Translations under genes and position numbers: made by a program
Assembly: GCA_030324005.1 (NCBI GenBank)
Contig: JARDVH010000193.1
Span: 86,991,550 to 87,055,549 of the forward strand
Direction: 5' to 3'
DNA: 64,000 nt
From: Negaprion brevirostris
Lineage: Eukaryota
Notes under the pieces: generated by a model
The model's database searches: none
Seen by the model: the letters and a program-made list of their open reading frames with translations, nothing else
What the model was told of the DNA's origin: nothing
In this document: in pieces, positions 52,620-62,606 of the stretch
Position numbering within the stretch: the first letter of the stretch is position 1
Layout: the number at the start of each line of letters is the position of its first letter

Positions 52620-52731
52620 AGGAAGAGATAAATAGTTTGTTAGATTTTATGGCATCAAGTGGTACGTGGACAAAGCAATAATGTGACATCGAGATAGAGG
52701 ATCGGTCATGATCATATTAAGAAGCAGAACA

Positions 52732-53063
52732 ATAGCACAGTGGTTAGTGCTGCAGCCTCACAGCACTAGCGATCCGCATTTGATTCCATCCTTGGGTAAT
52801 TGTCTCTGTGGACTCATTCTCCTATGTTTGCGTAGGTTTCTCTGGGTGCTCCAATTTCCTCCCACAGTCCAAAGATGTGCAGGTTAGGTGGATTGACCCT
52901 GCTAAGTTGCCCCTTCGTGTCCTTAGATGCGTAGGCTAAGGGGTTTCAAGGGGTAAACATGTGGGCTTATGGGGATAAGGCCTGGGTAAAATGCTCTCTT
53001 GGAGAGTTGGTACAGAATCAATGGGCTGAACAGTTTCTTTCTGTACTGTAGGGATTCTATGAT
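52732..53063 (+). mobile_element. HE1 SINE
   Basis: tagcacagtggttagtgctgcagcctcacagc...gggattctatgat. Confidence 0.9.
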
Positions 53064-53659
53064 AAGGCTAGATATGTATCATTAAATTACTTTACACTCA
53101 GCTAGTGAACATATGCAGCTAGAATCAAAATCCACTTTCTTCATTTAACTTCAAACCCACTTCCTGAATCAGAAAAATAAAGCAAGCTACCTTTCCTGGG
53201 TTAACAGGTTTATGAATCTTGCTTTGATCAGTGTAACATTAACACAGGGCTTGCTTGGCACTGTTTGAGCTGATCTCTTAACAAATCATCCCAAGTTATT
53301 AATTATATATGTGATCCTTCTGCCTGGAATTTACACAGGGGCTAACCTAATCGGACACTGTAACTTCAGCAGAAAATCACATAGACAGTTGCTGCCAAGC
53401 TTGTGGTAGCCGAACAGAAAGTCCCAAGAAAGTTTTATTTGATCTTTGTCTTTTGTTCATAACAGCTGAAGGGTTGTCTCCCTAACCTCCCACTCATTCA
53501 GGAGTTCGCCAGTTGATTTGTCAGCCAAATGGCTGCTCCATTCGCAAGGACTGAATTTCACCAGATATCTATTTCCCTGCTGGGAATTGAAGATTACTAT
53601 CTGAACTCTAGTGTGAAGCAACACTTGTTGTGGTAAAGAGAAAGGTATTTTCGCCCTTT

Positions 53660-53838
53660 AATAGAATCCATAGAATCCCTATGGTGCAGAACTGGCCCAT
53701 CAAATTGGCACTGACTCTTCGACAGAGCATCCCATCCAGACCCTATCCCCATAATCCCAAATATTTCCCCAGCTAATCCCCCTAACCTACACATTTTGGG
53801 ACACTGAGGGGCAATTTACCATGGCCAATCCACATGAC
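53660..53838 (-). mobile_element. HE1 SINE 3' half
   Basis: atagaatccatagaatccct...ggccaatccac. Confidence 0.8.
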
Positions 53839-54104
53839 CTTTGTCTCAGAAGTTGCAATGTTTGAAATATAAGGAATATTTTAAACTTTTGCAAAGTCAA
53901 TGATTATTTAATTGCAAAAAACTCCTGAAATATGACAGTGAGCATGTCACTTTGATAGGGATCTCAAGGTTAATTCCATCATTTATTGGTATCAATTTGC
54001 ACTGGAATATTAAATGGTTCAGTGTGAATCCTTGGTGCACTTGATGCATTTAAGGCAATTTGTCATGATTGTAGGCAATACATAATATAATTCGGGTCAA
54101 GTTA

Positions 54105-54480
54105 CATATAAGAACATAACATAAGAACATAAGAAATAGGAGCAGGAGTAGGCCATGTAGCCCTTCGAGCCTGCCCCGCCATNNNNNNNNNNNNNNNNNN
54201 NNNNNNNNNNNNNNNNNNNNNNNNNNNNNNNNNNNNNNNNNNNNNNNNNNNNNNNNNNNNNNNNNNNNNNNNNNNNNNNNNNATCTGCGCCACCAGCTCA
54301 TCCACTTTATTCCGAATGCTTCGCGCATTCAGATAAAGTGCCTTCATCCCAGCCTTCACTTGTACCCTATTTGCCATTACGCCACCAACCCTACTCGCAC
54401 TCCCTACTCCCTTTATTATTGGGACATTCTCCTCAGCCTCTAACTTCACCTGTACCCTCTCCTTAACTTTAGGCCCCGTA
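54105..54480 (-). mobile_element. young CR1: ORF2 start and 3' tail either side of a 100-N gap
   Basis: MKALYLNARSIRNKVDELVAQ (endonuclease start) lies right of the gap. The tail with (tgttctta)n repeats lies left of it. Confidence 0.88.
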
Positions 54481-55017
54481 ATATATATATGCATTTGTCT
54501 GTTGGGGGAGCAACTTTCATGGCATGAAATTGCCAGGCAATGACCACCTCTAACAATCGAAGCGAATTTAACCCTTTCCCCTTGATACTACCATTACTGA
54601 ACACCCCCTCCCCCCCACCATAAATATTCAGGGATTTACTATTGACCAGAAACTTATAACGGTCAGTCATATAAGCACTGTGGCTACAAAAGCAGCTCTG
54701 AGGCCGGAAATTCTGTAAAAAGTAGCTCATCTCCTCACTCCCCAAAGCCTGTCCACCATCTCTAAGGCACAAATATAAATATGAAAAATACTCTCCACTT
54801 GTCTGGATGAATACAGCTCCAACGACACTCAAAAGGTTCAACGTCACCCAGGACAAAGCAACCCATTTGATTGGCAATCCACCCACCACCTTCAACATCC
54901 ACTTCCCCTATCGCTGCTATACAGTGTGTACCATCTACTGCAGCAAGTCACCAAATCTCCTTCAACAGTGTTTTCCAAATGTGTGACTTCTATCTAGAAA
55001 TTTGAACTGTGCCACTG

Positions 55018-55322
55018 TAGGCAGCTCAGTGGTTAGCATTGCTGCCTCACAGCACCAGGGACCCAGATTAAATTCCCAACTTGGGTCACCGTATGTGTGG
55101 AGTTTGCACATTCTCCCCATGTCTGCATGGGTNNNNNNNNNNNNNNNNNNNNNNNNNNNNNNNNNNNNNNNNNNNNNNNNNNNNNNNNNNNNNNNNNNNN
55201 NNNNNNNNNNNNNNNNNNNNNNNNNNNNNNNNNNNNNNNNNNNNNNNNNNNNNNNNNNNNNNNNNNNNNNNNNNNNNNNNNNNNNNNNNNNNNNNNNNNN
55301 NNNNNNNNNNNNNNNNNNNNNN
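55018..55322 (+). mobile_element. HE1 SINE (3' part in gap)
   Basis: gctcagtggttagcattgctgcctcacagcaccagggaccc. Confidence 0.85.
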
Positions 55323-55381
55323 AACAGAACTACCTGCAAGTTCCTTTAAGAGTCACGCACACCATCCTGACCTGCAACTAT

Positions 55382-56383
55382 GGCCGTGATTCTCCCATCG
55401 CGACCCACAACTTTTCTGGCTGGTCGCAGTGGGAGATGCGCGTCACCGGCCTTGTTCTAGGATCTGCGCATGCACTGGGAAAGCATGCACATCTCCCAGA
55501 GATGGTGAACAGTCGCCGGTCAGACTATGCAAGAAACCAGCAGGAAGGCAGGTAAGCAGTTTGAATCTGTTTTAAATGTATTTTAAGTATATTTAGCAGT
55601 TAATTATTAGGAATTTTCCAGTCCTGATTGAATCTCCCACCCTGCCAGGAGTATTTCATTCTGGTGGGGTTTACACTAGCTCCCCACATTTGGGGAACTA
55701 ACGGGAAACCCCACAAGAATGAAGGGGGGCAATCGGGGCCCCCCAGGGGTTTGGGTGGTAGGGAGTGGTCCCACGGGTATGGGCACCCTGGCAGTGCCAA
55801 CTTGTGCCCCCAGCATTGCCCAAGGGGCATTTTGGCACTGCCCATCAGGCATTGGCAGTGTCAAAGAGGCAGGGGCTCTTGTGGGTGAATCCTAGGGGCA
55901 ATTAGTGGGGTTGGGGGGGTCCCGCTGCCAGTTAGCAGACTGGATCGGTCTGGGGTAGAGGGATGGCAGTGATTGGGGCGGTCTGGTTTGTGGGGGGGGA
56001 GGGGGAGTCGCCACTGCTTGGGGGGAGTGGGCTGTGCTCCGGGATGGGGGAGGTGTCAGGCCTGCCCGGAATTGTTGTGGAGTCTGTGATGAGGCTGTGG
56101 TGTTGGGGGGGGGAGGGGTGCTGGAGGGGCAGCACTGCGAGGGTCCCGGGCTGGCCAGCGGTCGAGAAGTCTGACAAATCAGGACCATTGCTCATGCGCA
56201 GAGTTCCGGAACTGTCAGACTCCAGTGCGAGTAGGCCGGTCCCCCTGGGTTTTCAATGAGATTCACGATTGGGACCCCTGCAATGCAAGAGTGGGGAGAC
56301 TCAGGTGAGAAACTGGACTGAGAAAAGAGTTGGGATTTAGAACAGTTTTCCTGCCAATTTAGCACTTTGGGTGAATTACGGCC
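55382..56383. mobile_element. complete ~1.0 kb GC-rich PIF/Harbinger MITE with TAT TSD
   Basis: TIRs GGCCGTGATTC and GAATTACGGCC (10/11 match). TAT at 55379-55381 and 56384-56386. The host LINE is continuous across the insertion. Confidence 0.9.
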
Positions 56384-56858
56384 TATATTGCCATTCCTTC
56401 TCCTTCATTGGGTCAAGGTTCTGGCATTCCCTCCCTAACTTGATGTTGGGTGTGCCATCATCATGTTATTCAAGAGAGCAACTGACCACCAGCTTCACAA
56501 GGGCAATAAGGATTGGGTAACAAATACTAACCTTGCTAGTGATGCTCACATCCCATGAATGAATTAAAACAAAGTAACCAATCTGAAAGGAATTGTGTAG
56601 GTTCCTTCTTCATCCACTGGGTAGCAGTATTGTAACACTTTAAATCTCTGTTTTGGTCTTGCTGGTTACACAATAGGGTGCAGCCTTAGAACCTGTGAAA
56701 AGGAATGCATCTCTCAATAATCCACTTAGTGCTGCTGAACCACAAACTGGATTATGACGATTGCCATCTGGTGGTGGGATAGAAATAGTAGCTCATAATC
56801 TGAAGTAAAAACAGCAGTGTGACTTGGTAGGGAACTGGTATTGATAGATGTATGGGAA

Positions 56859-57085
56859 TGTGGTGATTGACACTTTAATGGCAACACAGCTGAAAAGGGT
56901 GACTAGCTTGGGGGTGCAATTAGGAATGAGAGTGGGTAATCACCCCTGGGTGTGAAATCTGCTCCTGGGCAGAGAATATGAAGGGAGCTGGGACAGTCAT
57001 ATGGGTTGCTGGCCTCTCTACGGTTTTCCTAATTAACAAATATCTTTTGTGTTTCTAGTGAAGGCTGGGGAAGTGCATCATTACA
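56859..57085 (+). repeat. 5' LTR of copy B
   Basis: TGTGGTGATTGACACTTTAATGGCAACAC...GAAGGCTGGGGAAGTGCATCATTACA; homologous to 15808-16040 (minus). Confidence 0.8.
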
Positions 57086-57087
57086 TC

Positions 57088-57100
57088 TGGCGATGAAGAT
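57088..57100 (+). promoter_or_regulatory. primer-binding site, tRNA-Ser(GCT)-type
   Basis: TGGCGATGAAGAT, 2 nt after the LTR CA, matches TGGCGACGAGGAT (complement of the tRNA-Ser(GCT) 3' end) at 11 of 13 positions. Confidence 0.8.
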
Positions 57101-57179
57101 ACAATTATGAAACTGCCTCTGGCCCAACACCTGTGAGAATCTTGTTTTAATCGAAGTCTGAGAAACAGTACTCAGCCGA

Positions 57180-57660
57180 GTGCCTCTCTTTGGGTGAATC
57201 CCATTTGAGATGTTGTGATATTGCCAGGCCCTGAGTAATGGAAAATCAAGCTGCATGTTTGATAGAGAGAGAGCATTAAAAGACCACTGGGCCAGAATCC
57301 ACAGAAGAATGAGCAAAATGCAGAAAAGTACCTCGACTCACATTGTTGACTAGAGGCATGGTGGTCCGTGACACTCAGTGCATTGGAGAGATGGAGGGAC
57401 AGACACAAAACAAACCTAGATCAAGAACTGTGCTTTAACGCTAAAAATAGGAACAAAGAGTTGCTGCAAAGGTTTGTTTTGAAGGGAAAAAGAGAACATA
57501 GGAAGTAATGTTTTGGATTGAAGAATTTCCCCCAGGAGTTGTATTAGAAAGTCAAGAGGCTTAGATGAACAAGCTCCTTTTTGGAGCACAGCCTGCAGGG
57601 GTTCCATGGCAGCAATTGTTGCATTTGTAGACTTCAAACAGAGAAATTCCAACATTTTTT
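57180..57660 (+). pseudogene. degenerate Gypsy gag (counterpart in copy A at ~20130-20553)
   Basis: Broken frames give (M)PLFG..PFE, ..W..Y.ERM-like, TLLT.ACGP-like, DTK..QEL, LLQRF...RE and DFKQ, following the fish/shark Gypsy gag pattern MPLFGxxDPF..DWxQYxER..LLTACG..DTKxFxEL..QRxRF..LDFK. Confidence 0.6.
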
Positions 57661-57999
57661 GTGAAAAAGAGAAATCCTCGGCCTATCTGAAAAGAAGAAA
57701 TTAAAAATCTTTAACATAAGCAATGCTCCTGAATGGACCACGCTGGATCTTCCAGTGAAATTGATGGACACATCATAAAAGAAAATACAACAGATTCTCC
57801 AGGCAGAAATCACTAAAAGGGCTTTCTTTCAGTAAAATTGTTTTAAAAGTTCAAAAAAAAAGCAAAACTTCAAAAGCTCGGAAGAACGCAGAAAGTTGTC
57901 AGCTGCTAAAAAGTTCAATGAAAAATAAGTGAAAGTCTTAAAGTAATTCATTCAAAGTGAGTAATATATTTAATGTGGTAATGCACCTAAAGTAGCAAT

Positions 58000-58340
58000 G
58001 GACAGGAAAATTGGAGAAGACCCCAGATAAAGACCAATTCTCAAAAAAGGCCCATAGGCAATGAAGACCTCAAGGAAAAGGCAATGCAAGACTTCAGAGG
58101 AAGCACTGAAAATCTTAAAGAAGAGGCAAGGCCAGGCCTCAGAGCAGGCAATGCAGACATCAAGAAAGAGGCAACAGAAGATCTCAAAGAAGAGACAGCT
58201 AAGACCCATAAAAGTGGGCACTGTGAGACCCCAGATGGAGGGCACTGAGTCCCAAAGGGCAATTAAAGACACCAGAAGGTTAGGCAATTCAGGACCACAG
58301 AAGGAAGGCATTGAAAGATCCCAGAAAGCAAGCAATATAA
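58000..58340 (+). repeat. degenerate ~21-24-bp tandem repeat (~13 units); counterpart at 19430-19770 minus
   Basis: Units such as aatgaagacctcaaggaaaaggc, aatgcagacatcaagaaagaggc and aattaaagacaccagaaggttaggc. Confidence 0.8.
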
Positions 58341-58349
58341 GATCCCACG

Positions 58350-59060
58350 AGAAGAACGACAAGGAAATTGCAGAATGGAAACAAGTCAACACTTCATTGG
58401 AGGCAGACCTGATGAAATGTAAAGCCAAAAAGGGTTTGCTTGAAGTTAACACAAGTAAAATTGAAGATTCCATTTGAAAATGCATATGTCCAGCAAGAAC
58501 ATGACGGATTCACCTGGGAAGAAGTACAAATGAAAGACTTCAAAAGAAATTAGAAACTATTCAACATAACAAGGAATCAACAAAAAGAGTTAAAGCTCCA
58601 GAGAAAACAAAATATCAAGATGAAATGACTGACAGCAAGCTTGAAAAAAGAGTTGCAAAAATTTACAAGATTAATTAAGGAGTACTTAATGAGAGAATGT
58701 AGAATTAGCTGAACTCCATGAAAAGCAACTCAAAAATAAGAACAAATCCAGTGAAGAATTGAATCAGGAGAATAAAAATTTTGAGAAAAAAGAATTGATC
58801 ATGAGAAATTAATTGAAGAGGTAGAAAACATTGAATCAACTGTTCAGAGTCAACTATTCAGACAGAGAAAGAAACAAATTATGTGCCAGAACAAGATTCC
58901 TGAAATTGTCGCAACAATAAAAAAAGCACAAGAACCAATATGATAAAATGGTTAATGAAAAAGATGCTAAATTGAAATGCTGGAAAGAGAAGAAATTTTA
59001 TCTCATGATCTAAGTACCAGAAACAGAGTACTACAATATTCCTTCACATGTGACAGTTGA
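58350..59060 (+). pseudogene. SYCP1: intronless SYCP1-derived coiled-coil segment in copy B
   Basis: KQLKNKNKSSEELNQENK, KRIDHEKLIEEVENIE and MCQNKIPEIVATI/KKHKNQYDKMVNEKDAKL match SYCP1 KQVENKNKYIEELQQENK, KKISEENLLEEVEK and RCQHKIAEMVALMEKHKHQYDKIIEERDSEL. Frameshifts and stops are present. Confidence 0.82.
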
Positions 59061-59409
59061 AGATTGTGAAAGAACTGTCAAGACATAAGATTTTATTATA
59101 TCGTGATGACATATATCTACATGCAGTATAATATAAGGTGCTCAACAGAGCAAGGATCGATGTGAGATTGGAGAGTGGCACCATTCACAGAATGATGAAC
59201 GTAGTCAGATAGTCAGAGAATAATTTAGGAGAGAACTCAGTAACCAGCATACCTGCATGGAACAGCTCCATGCAAGATTACATTTTGAACTGTACACAGT
59301 TAAAACCTACCAAAAACACTTCATGTTTAACAAATTGCAGGATCTCATCAATGAGCCATGACCACTGCAAGTATAAAAAACACACATTAAGAACATAATA
59401 TGACATGGT

Positions 59410-59530
59410 GTCATAATATGAAACTTTGATAATGGGTCAAGTTGGATCCCCAGAATTATTGCCACTGAGACTGGACCCCTGTCATACCCAGTAGACATGG
59501 AGGGATGGATCATTCGTAAATATGTAAAAA
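59410..59530 (+). pseudogene. Gypsy integrase C-terminal tail (copy B); continues at 61305-61520
   Basis: NFDNGSSWIPRIIATETGPLSYPVDMEGWIIRKYV. 61305-61520 matches 16230-16445 (ccagcagtcagt.ttgccatcaa, aactgcctgtgccagaagag, ggaagcatctcaga). Confidence 0.85.
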
Positions 59531-59531
59531 G

Positions 59532-59848
59532 TTGTTCTTGGGATTTGGGTGTTCTTGGCTAGGCCTGCACTTATTGCCCATCCCTGAGGACAGTTAAGAA
59601 TCCACCACTTTGCTGTGTATATGGAATCACATGTAAGCCAGACCAGCTAGGGATGATAGATTTCATTTGTTAAAGGACATTAGTGAATCAGATGGGTTTT
59701 TAATGATAATGATTTCATGGTCATCATTGGACTTTTAATTCCAGCTATTTATTGAATTCAAATTTCACCATCTGCCATGGGGGATTTCATTCCAGGCCTC
59801 CAGAACATTGCCCTGGATTACTAGTCCAGCAACAATGCCACGACATCA
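59532..59848 (-). mobile_element. tRNA-derived SINE, family 2
   Basis: Same core as 28032-28392. Confidence 0.85.
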
Positions 59849-59859
59849 CTGTCTCTTTT

Positions 59860-60830
59860 ATCCTGATACACTTGCCTGCACCCTCCTGTGTAGTTATGTC
59901 TTCCATTTTGTGCCACTGTGAAGATATCCTCATGTGGAGGATGACCTTCATCACCCTTTTCCAGTTCCTGCCCATCTAAGTCTTCATCATCCAAGGAAGT
60001 TGGAGCCTCCTGCATATCTCTTTCTGGCAAGTGATTTTCCCCTTGTACCCTGCACAACCTGGTGATTCAACAGACACAATGATGCGGAATACCCTCTGTG
60101 AAGAGTATAGCAATGTCCCACTTAAGTCGTTCAAACACCAGGAGTATGTCTTCAGGATGCCAATGGTTTGCTCAATGATGAACCTTGACACAGAGTGTGT
60201 CACTTGTACCTCTCCTCTGAGGCACCTTAAGGATGACACATGGTGTAATAAACCATCTCTTCAGCAAGTACCCCTTGCCACCCAGGAGCCAACCCTGTAC
60301 ATACTGTGGTCCTTTGAATATCTGAGGCACCTGGGAGTGATTCAGGATCTAGGAGTCATGGGAACTCCCAGAGTACCTGGCACAGACATGCATGATCTGC
60401 TTCTGATAATGGCAGATCAGCTCAATGTTAGGAGAGTGGAACCCATTAAAGTTAATAAAGATCAAAGCTATTGCCAAGGAGTTCTTAAAGCAACATCTGT
60501 ATTCTCAGTTGTACCCTGCACTTTGGTGAAGCATGAAATCACTACAAATGCCAGACATCTCTCAGCTTGACTGGCTTTATCCCTTGTGAACTTTACATAA
60601 TGATGAACCTTACTGTATCCGTCACCTCCATTATAGATTTATGTGTTGCAGCCTGAGAGATGCTGCATCAGTTCCCTGTGGAAATAATTATGTATGACGG
60701 TGAGCTTTAGGGGCACTTTCAGAGATAGCCTCTTATTCCATGCAGCATATGCTTCTCTCATAGAATTTGGTAGATATTTGGATATGTGTGGCACTGCCAT
60801 CTACAAATAGGAAAGGTGTTTTCGGGCAAC
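59860..60830 (-). pseudogene. PIF/Harbinger (HARBI1-like) DDE transposase fossil; element extends to ~61300
   Basis: Minus strand gives FTKVQGTTENTDVALRTP...FINFNGFHSPNIELICHYQKQIMHVCARYSGSSHDS*IL and HSVSRFIIEQTIGILKTYSWCLNDLSGTLLYSSQRVFRIIV. Confidence 0.9.
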
Positions 60831-61519
60831 TCTTGGTAGTGCTAGTCACCCCTGTGGGATGGATCTAACTTCCTCAGCCTCTGGATCTTCCTGGGACTCC
60901 TCTGGACCATGCTCCTCAGGCTGAGACTCTTTTCTAAGCTGTGCTTGAGGTGTTAGACCCTTCTTTGCCTCCTTAGTCTGAGCACTGCCACCAAGAAGGT
61001 AGCACTGGATGCAATCTCCATTCTGCAATCCTCTTTCTTCCTGTGGACAGATAGATCCAAGCAATTAATATGGATTAGTTAGTCATTCTGATTCTGACTT
61101 CTCAATAAAGCGTTCATGACTTTTGTCAACTGAGACTTCATTTTCATTTTGAGAACACAAGTGTGAGGGTTCCTCCTGAAAGGGCCCCTAGAAAAGCCTC
61201 TTCCCATATGCATCAGATTGCTCCTTTAGAGATTTCCTTACAGTTTCATTTTTAAACTGATAAACTGCATCATTGAAGTGGGGTTTCAAGTTGATGGCTC
61301 TATTCTTCAGAAGTAGCGGGAGATTCCAGCAGTCAGTCTTGCCATCAAGAAACATTTATGAACCTGAAAGTGCCAAAGTACCTGATCAACCTGTAATGGA
61401 CGTAACTGATTTTCTCCATGGAAGCAAGTAGTAATTAACTGCCTGTGCCAGAAGAGGTACCTGTTATTGCAGTCCTGTAATCTGAGATGCTGTGGAAGCA
61501 TCTCAGACTACAGAATTAC

Positions 61520-62180
61520 ACTGGTTAGCCATGGTAATAGATAAGCAACAATCTGTCATATCAATAAAGAATTGGAATGGGTCAACTTCAATGGTGTGAG
61601 AACTGATCAGGCACAGGTAAATGGAATCAAAGACTGGGAGGTAAAATTATAACTGAACAATGGGATGTTTTTAAAGTTATAGTTCAGGCAGAATAAAAGA
61701 AAGGAGTCACAGAATGGGGGATGATGGTAGGGTAAGTAAACCTAGAGGTCCTTGAATGAAGAAAGGGATTGGGATTAAAGTGAAGCAAAAAAAAGATGCA
61801 GATGGTACATGTTAGATTTTAAGTGCAATTAAGAACTAGGTTGAATGTAGAAGGTTCATGGGGTGAAGTGAAAAAGCAAATAAGAATGGCAAAGGCAGAG
61901 TATGGAGACTGGCAGCTAACATAAAGGGGAATCAAAATTGGCTTATAAATAGAAAAGGTTGAAGAAGAGTGAGGCTGATTAGAAACCTAAAAGGGGATTG
62001 ACACATGGAGTCAGCATGGTTTAGGGACTAAATGAATACTTTGCATATACCTTATCAAGGAAGAAGATAGCACCTAAGGGTAAAAGGCAAGAGAAAGGAA
62101 CAAGTGAGTTGCTCTTGCAGAGCACTGATACAGAATTGGCAGGCTGAATGTCTGTACTACAACAATTCTATGACTCTATG
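61520..62180 (+). mobile_element. old CR1 ORF2 linker fragments plus tail
   Basis: EVKKQIRMAKAEY..LAANIKGN and LNEYFA motifs; tail aattctatgactctatga. Confidence 0.7.
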
Positions 62181-62606
62181 AAGCTTGGGCTGTTTTAATT
62201 GATGAGGCTGATTCAAATAATCTTCTGTTGTTTCTTGCCTGATGCTTCAAAGACATCAGGCCCAACTGGTGGGAATGGAAATGGTGGTGAGAACATGATG
62301 CCAGCATAAACCCACCATTATGAGGCATGTCATGGAGCAAGCTCTTAGAGGGAAGATTTAAGCAGTGAATAATCGTTACAGGTTTTCACATTTGCAAGGA
62401 AAATGTGTTCTGGATCTCCCATGCAGTTGGAATATAATTTTCCTTGATTAGCTAGCCTAACTTGACTGTTTAGAAAGATTAATCAATTTAGAATTATTAT
62501 TCCTTCTACAGTGAAAATGTCAAGTAATGTTGATATTTTACTTTAAATCTATTACATTTCTGTCTTTATCCAATTCTGTTGAAAGGTCTGAAATGTTAAT
62601 CAATTA

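Larger units (their letters stand above)
54490..56570 (+). mobile_element. CR1/L2-group LINE 3' region split by an HE1 SINE and a MITE
   Basis: CQAMTTSN...TINIQGFTIDQKL...HISTVATKA...LLTPQSLSTISKAQ...YSPLVWMNTAPTTLKRFNVTQDKATHLIG. Resumes at 55323-55381 and 56387-56570. Confidence 0.85.
56859..61520 (+). mobile_element. chimeric Gypsy LTR element carrying SYCP1-derived sequence, copy B (3' LTR not seen)
   Basis: LTR, PBS, gag remnant, repeats, SYCP1-like part and integrase tail. Interrupted at 59532-61300 by a SINE and a Harbinger, and cut by CR1 at ~61520. Confidence 0.85.

Noticed and set aside
57100-57660. Initially read as the SYCP1 N-terminus, implying a plain full-length processed pseudogene
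   Set aside because: It fits Gypsy gag motifs better (PLFG..PF, LLTACG, DTK..EL, QRF, DFK) and follows an LTR and PBS. The SYCP1 match is only convincing from about 58350 onward.
60031-60570. 179-aa plus-strand ORF
   Set aside because: It is the antisense shadow of the Harbinger transposase fossil.
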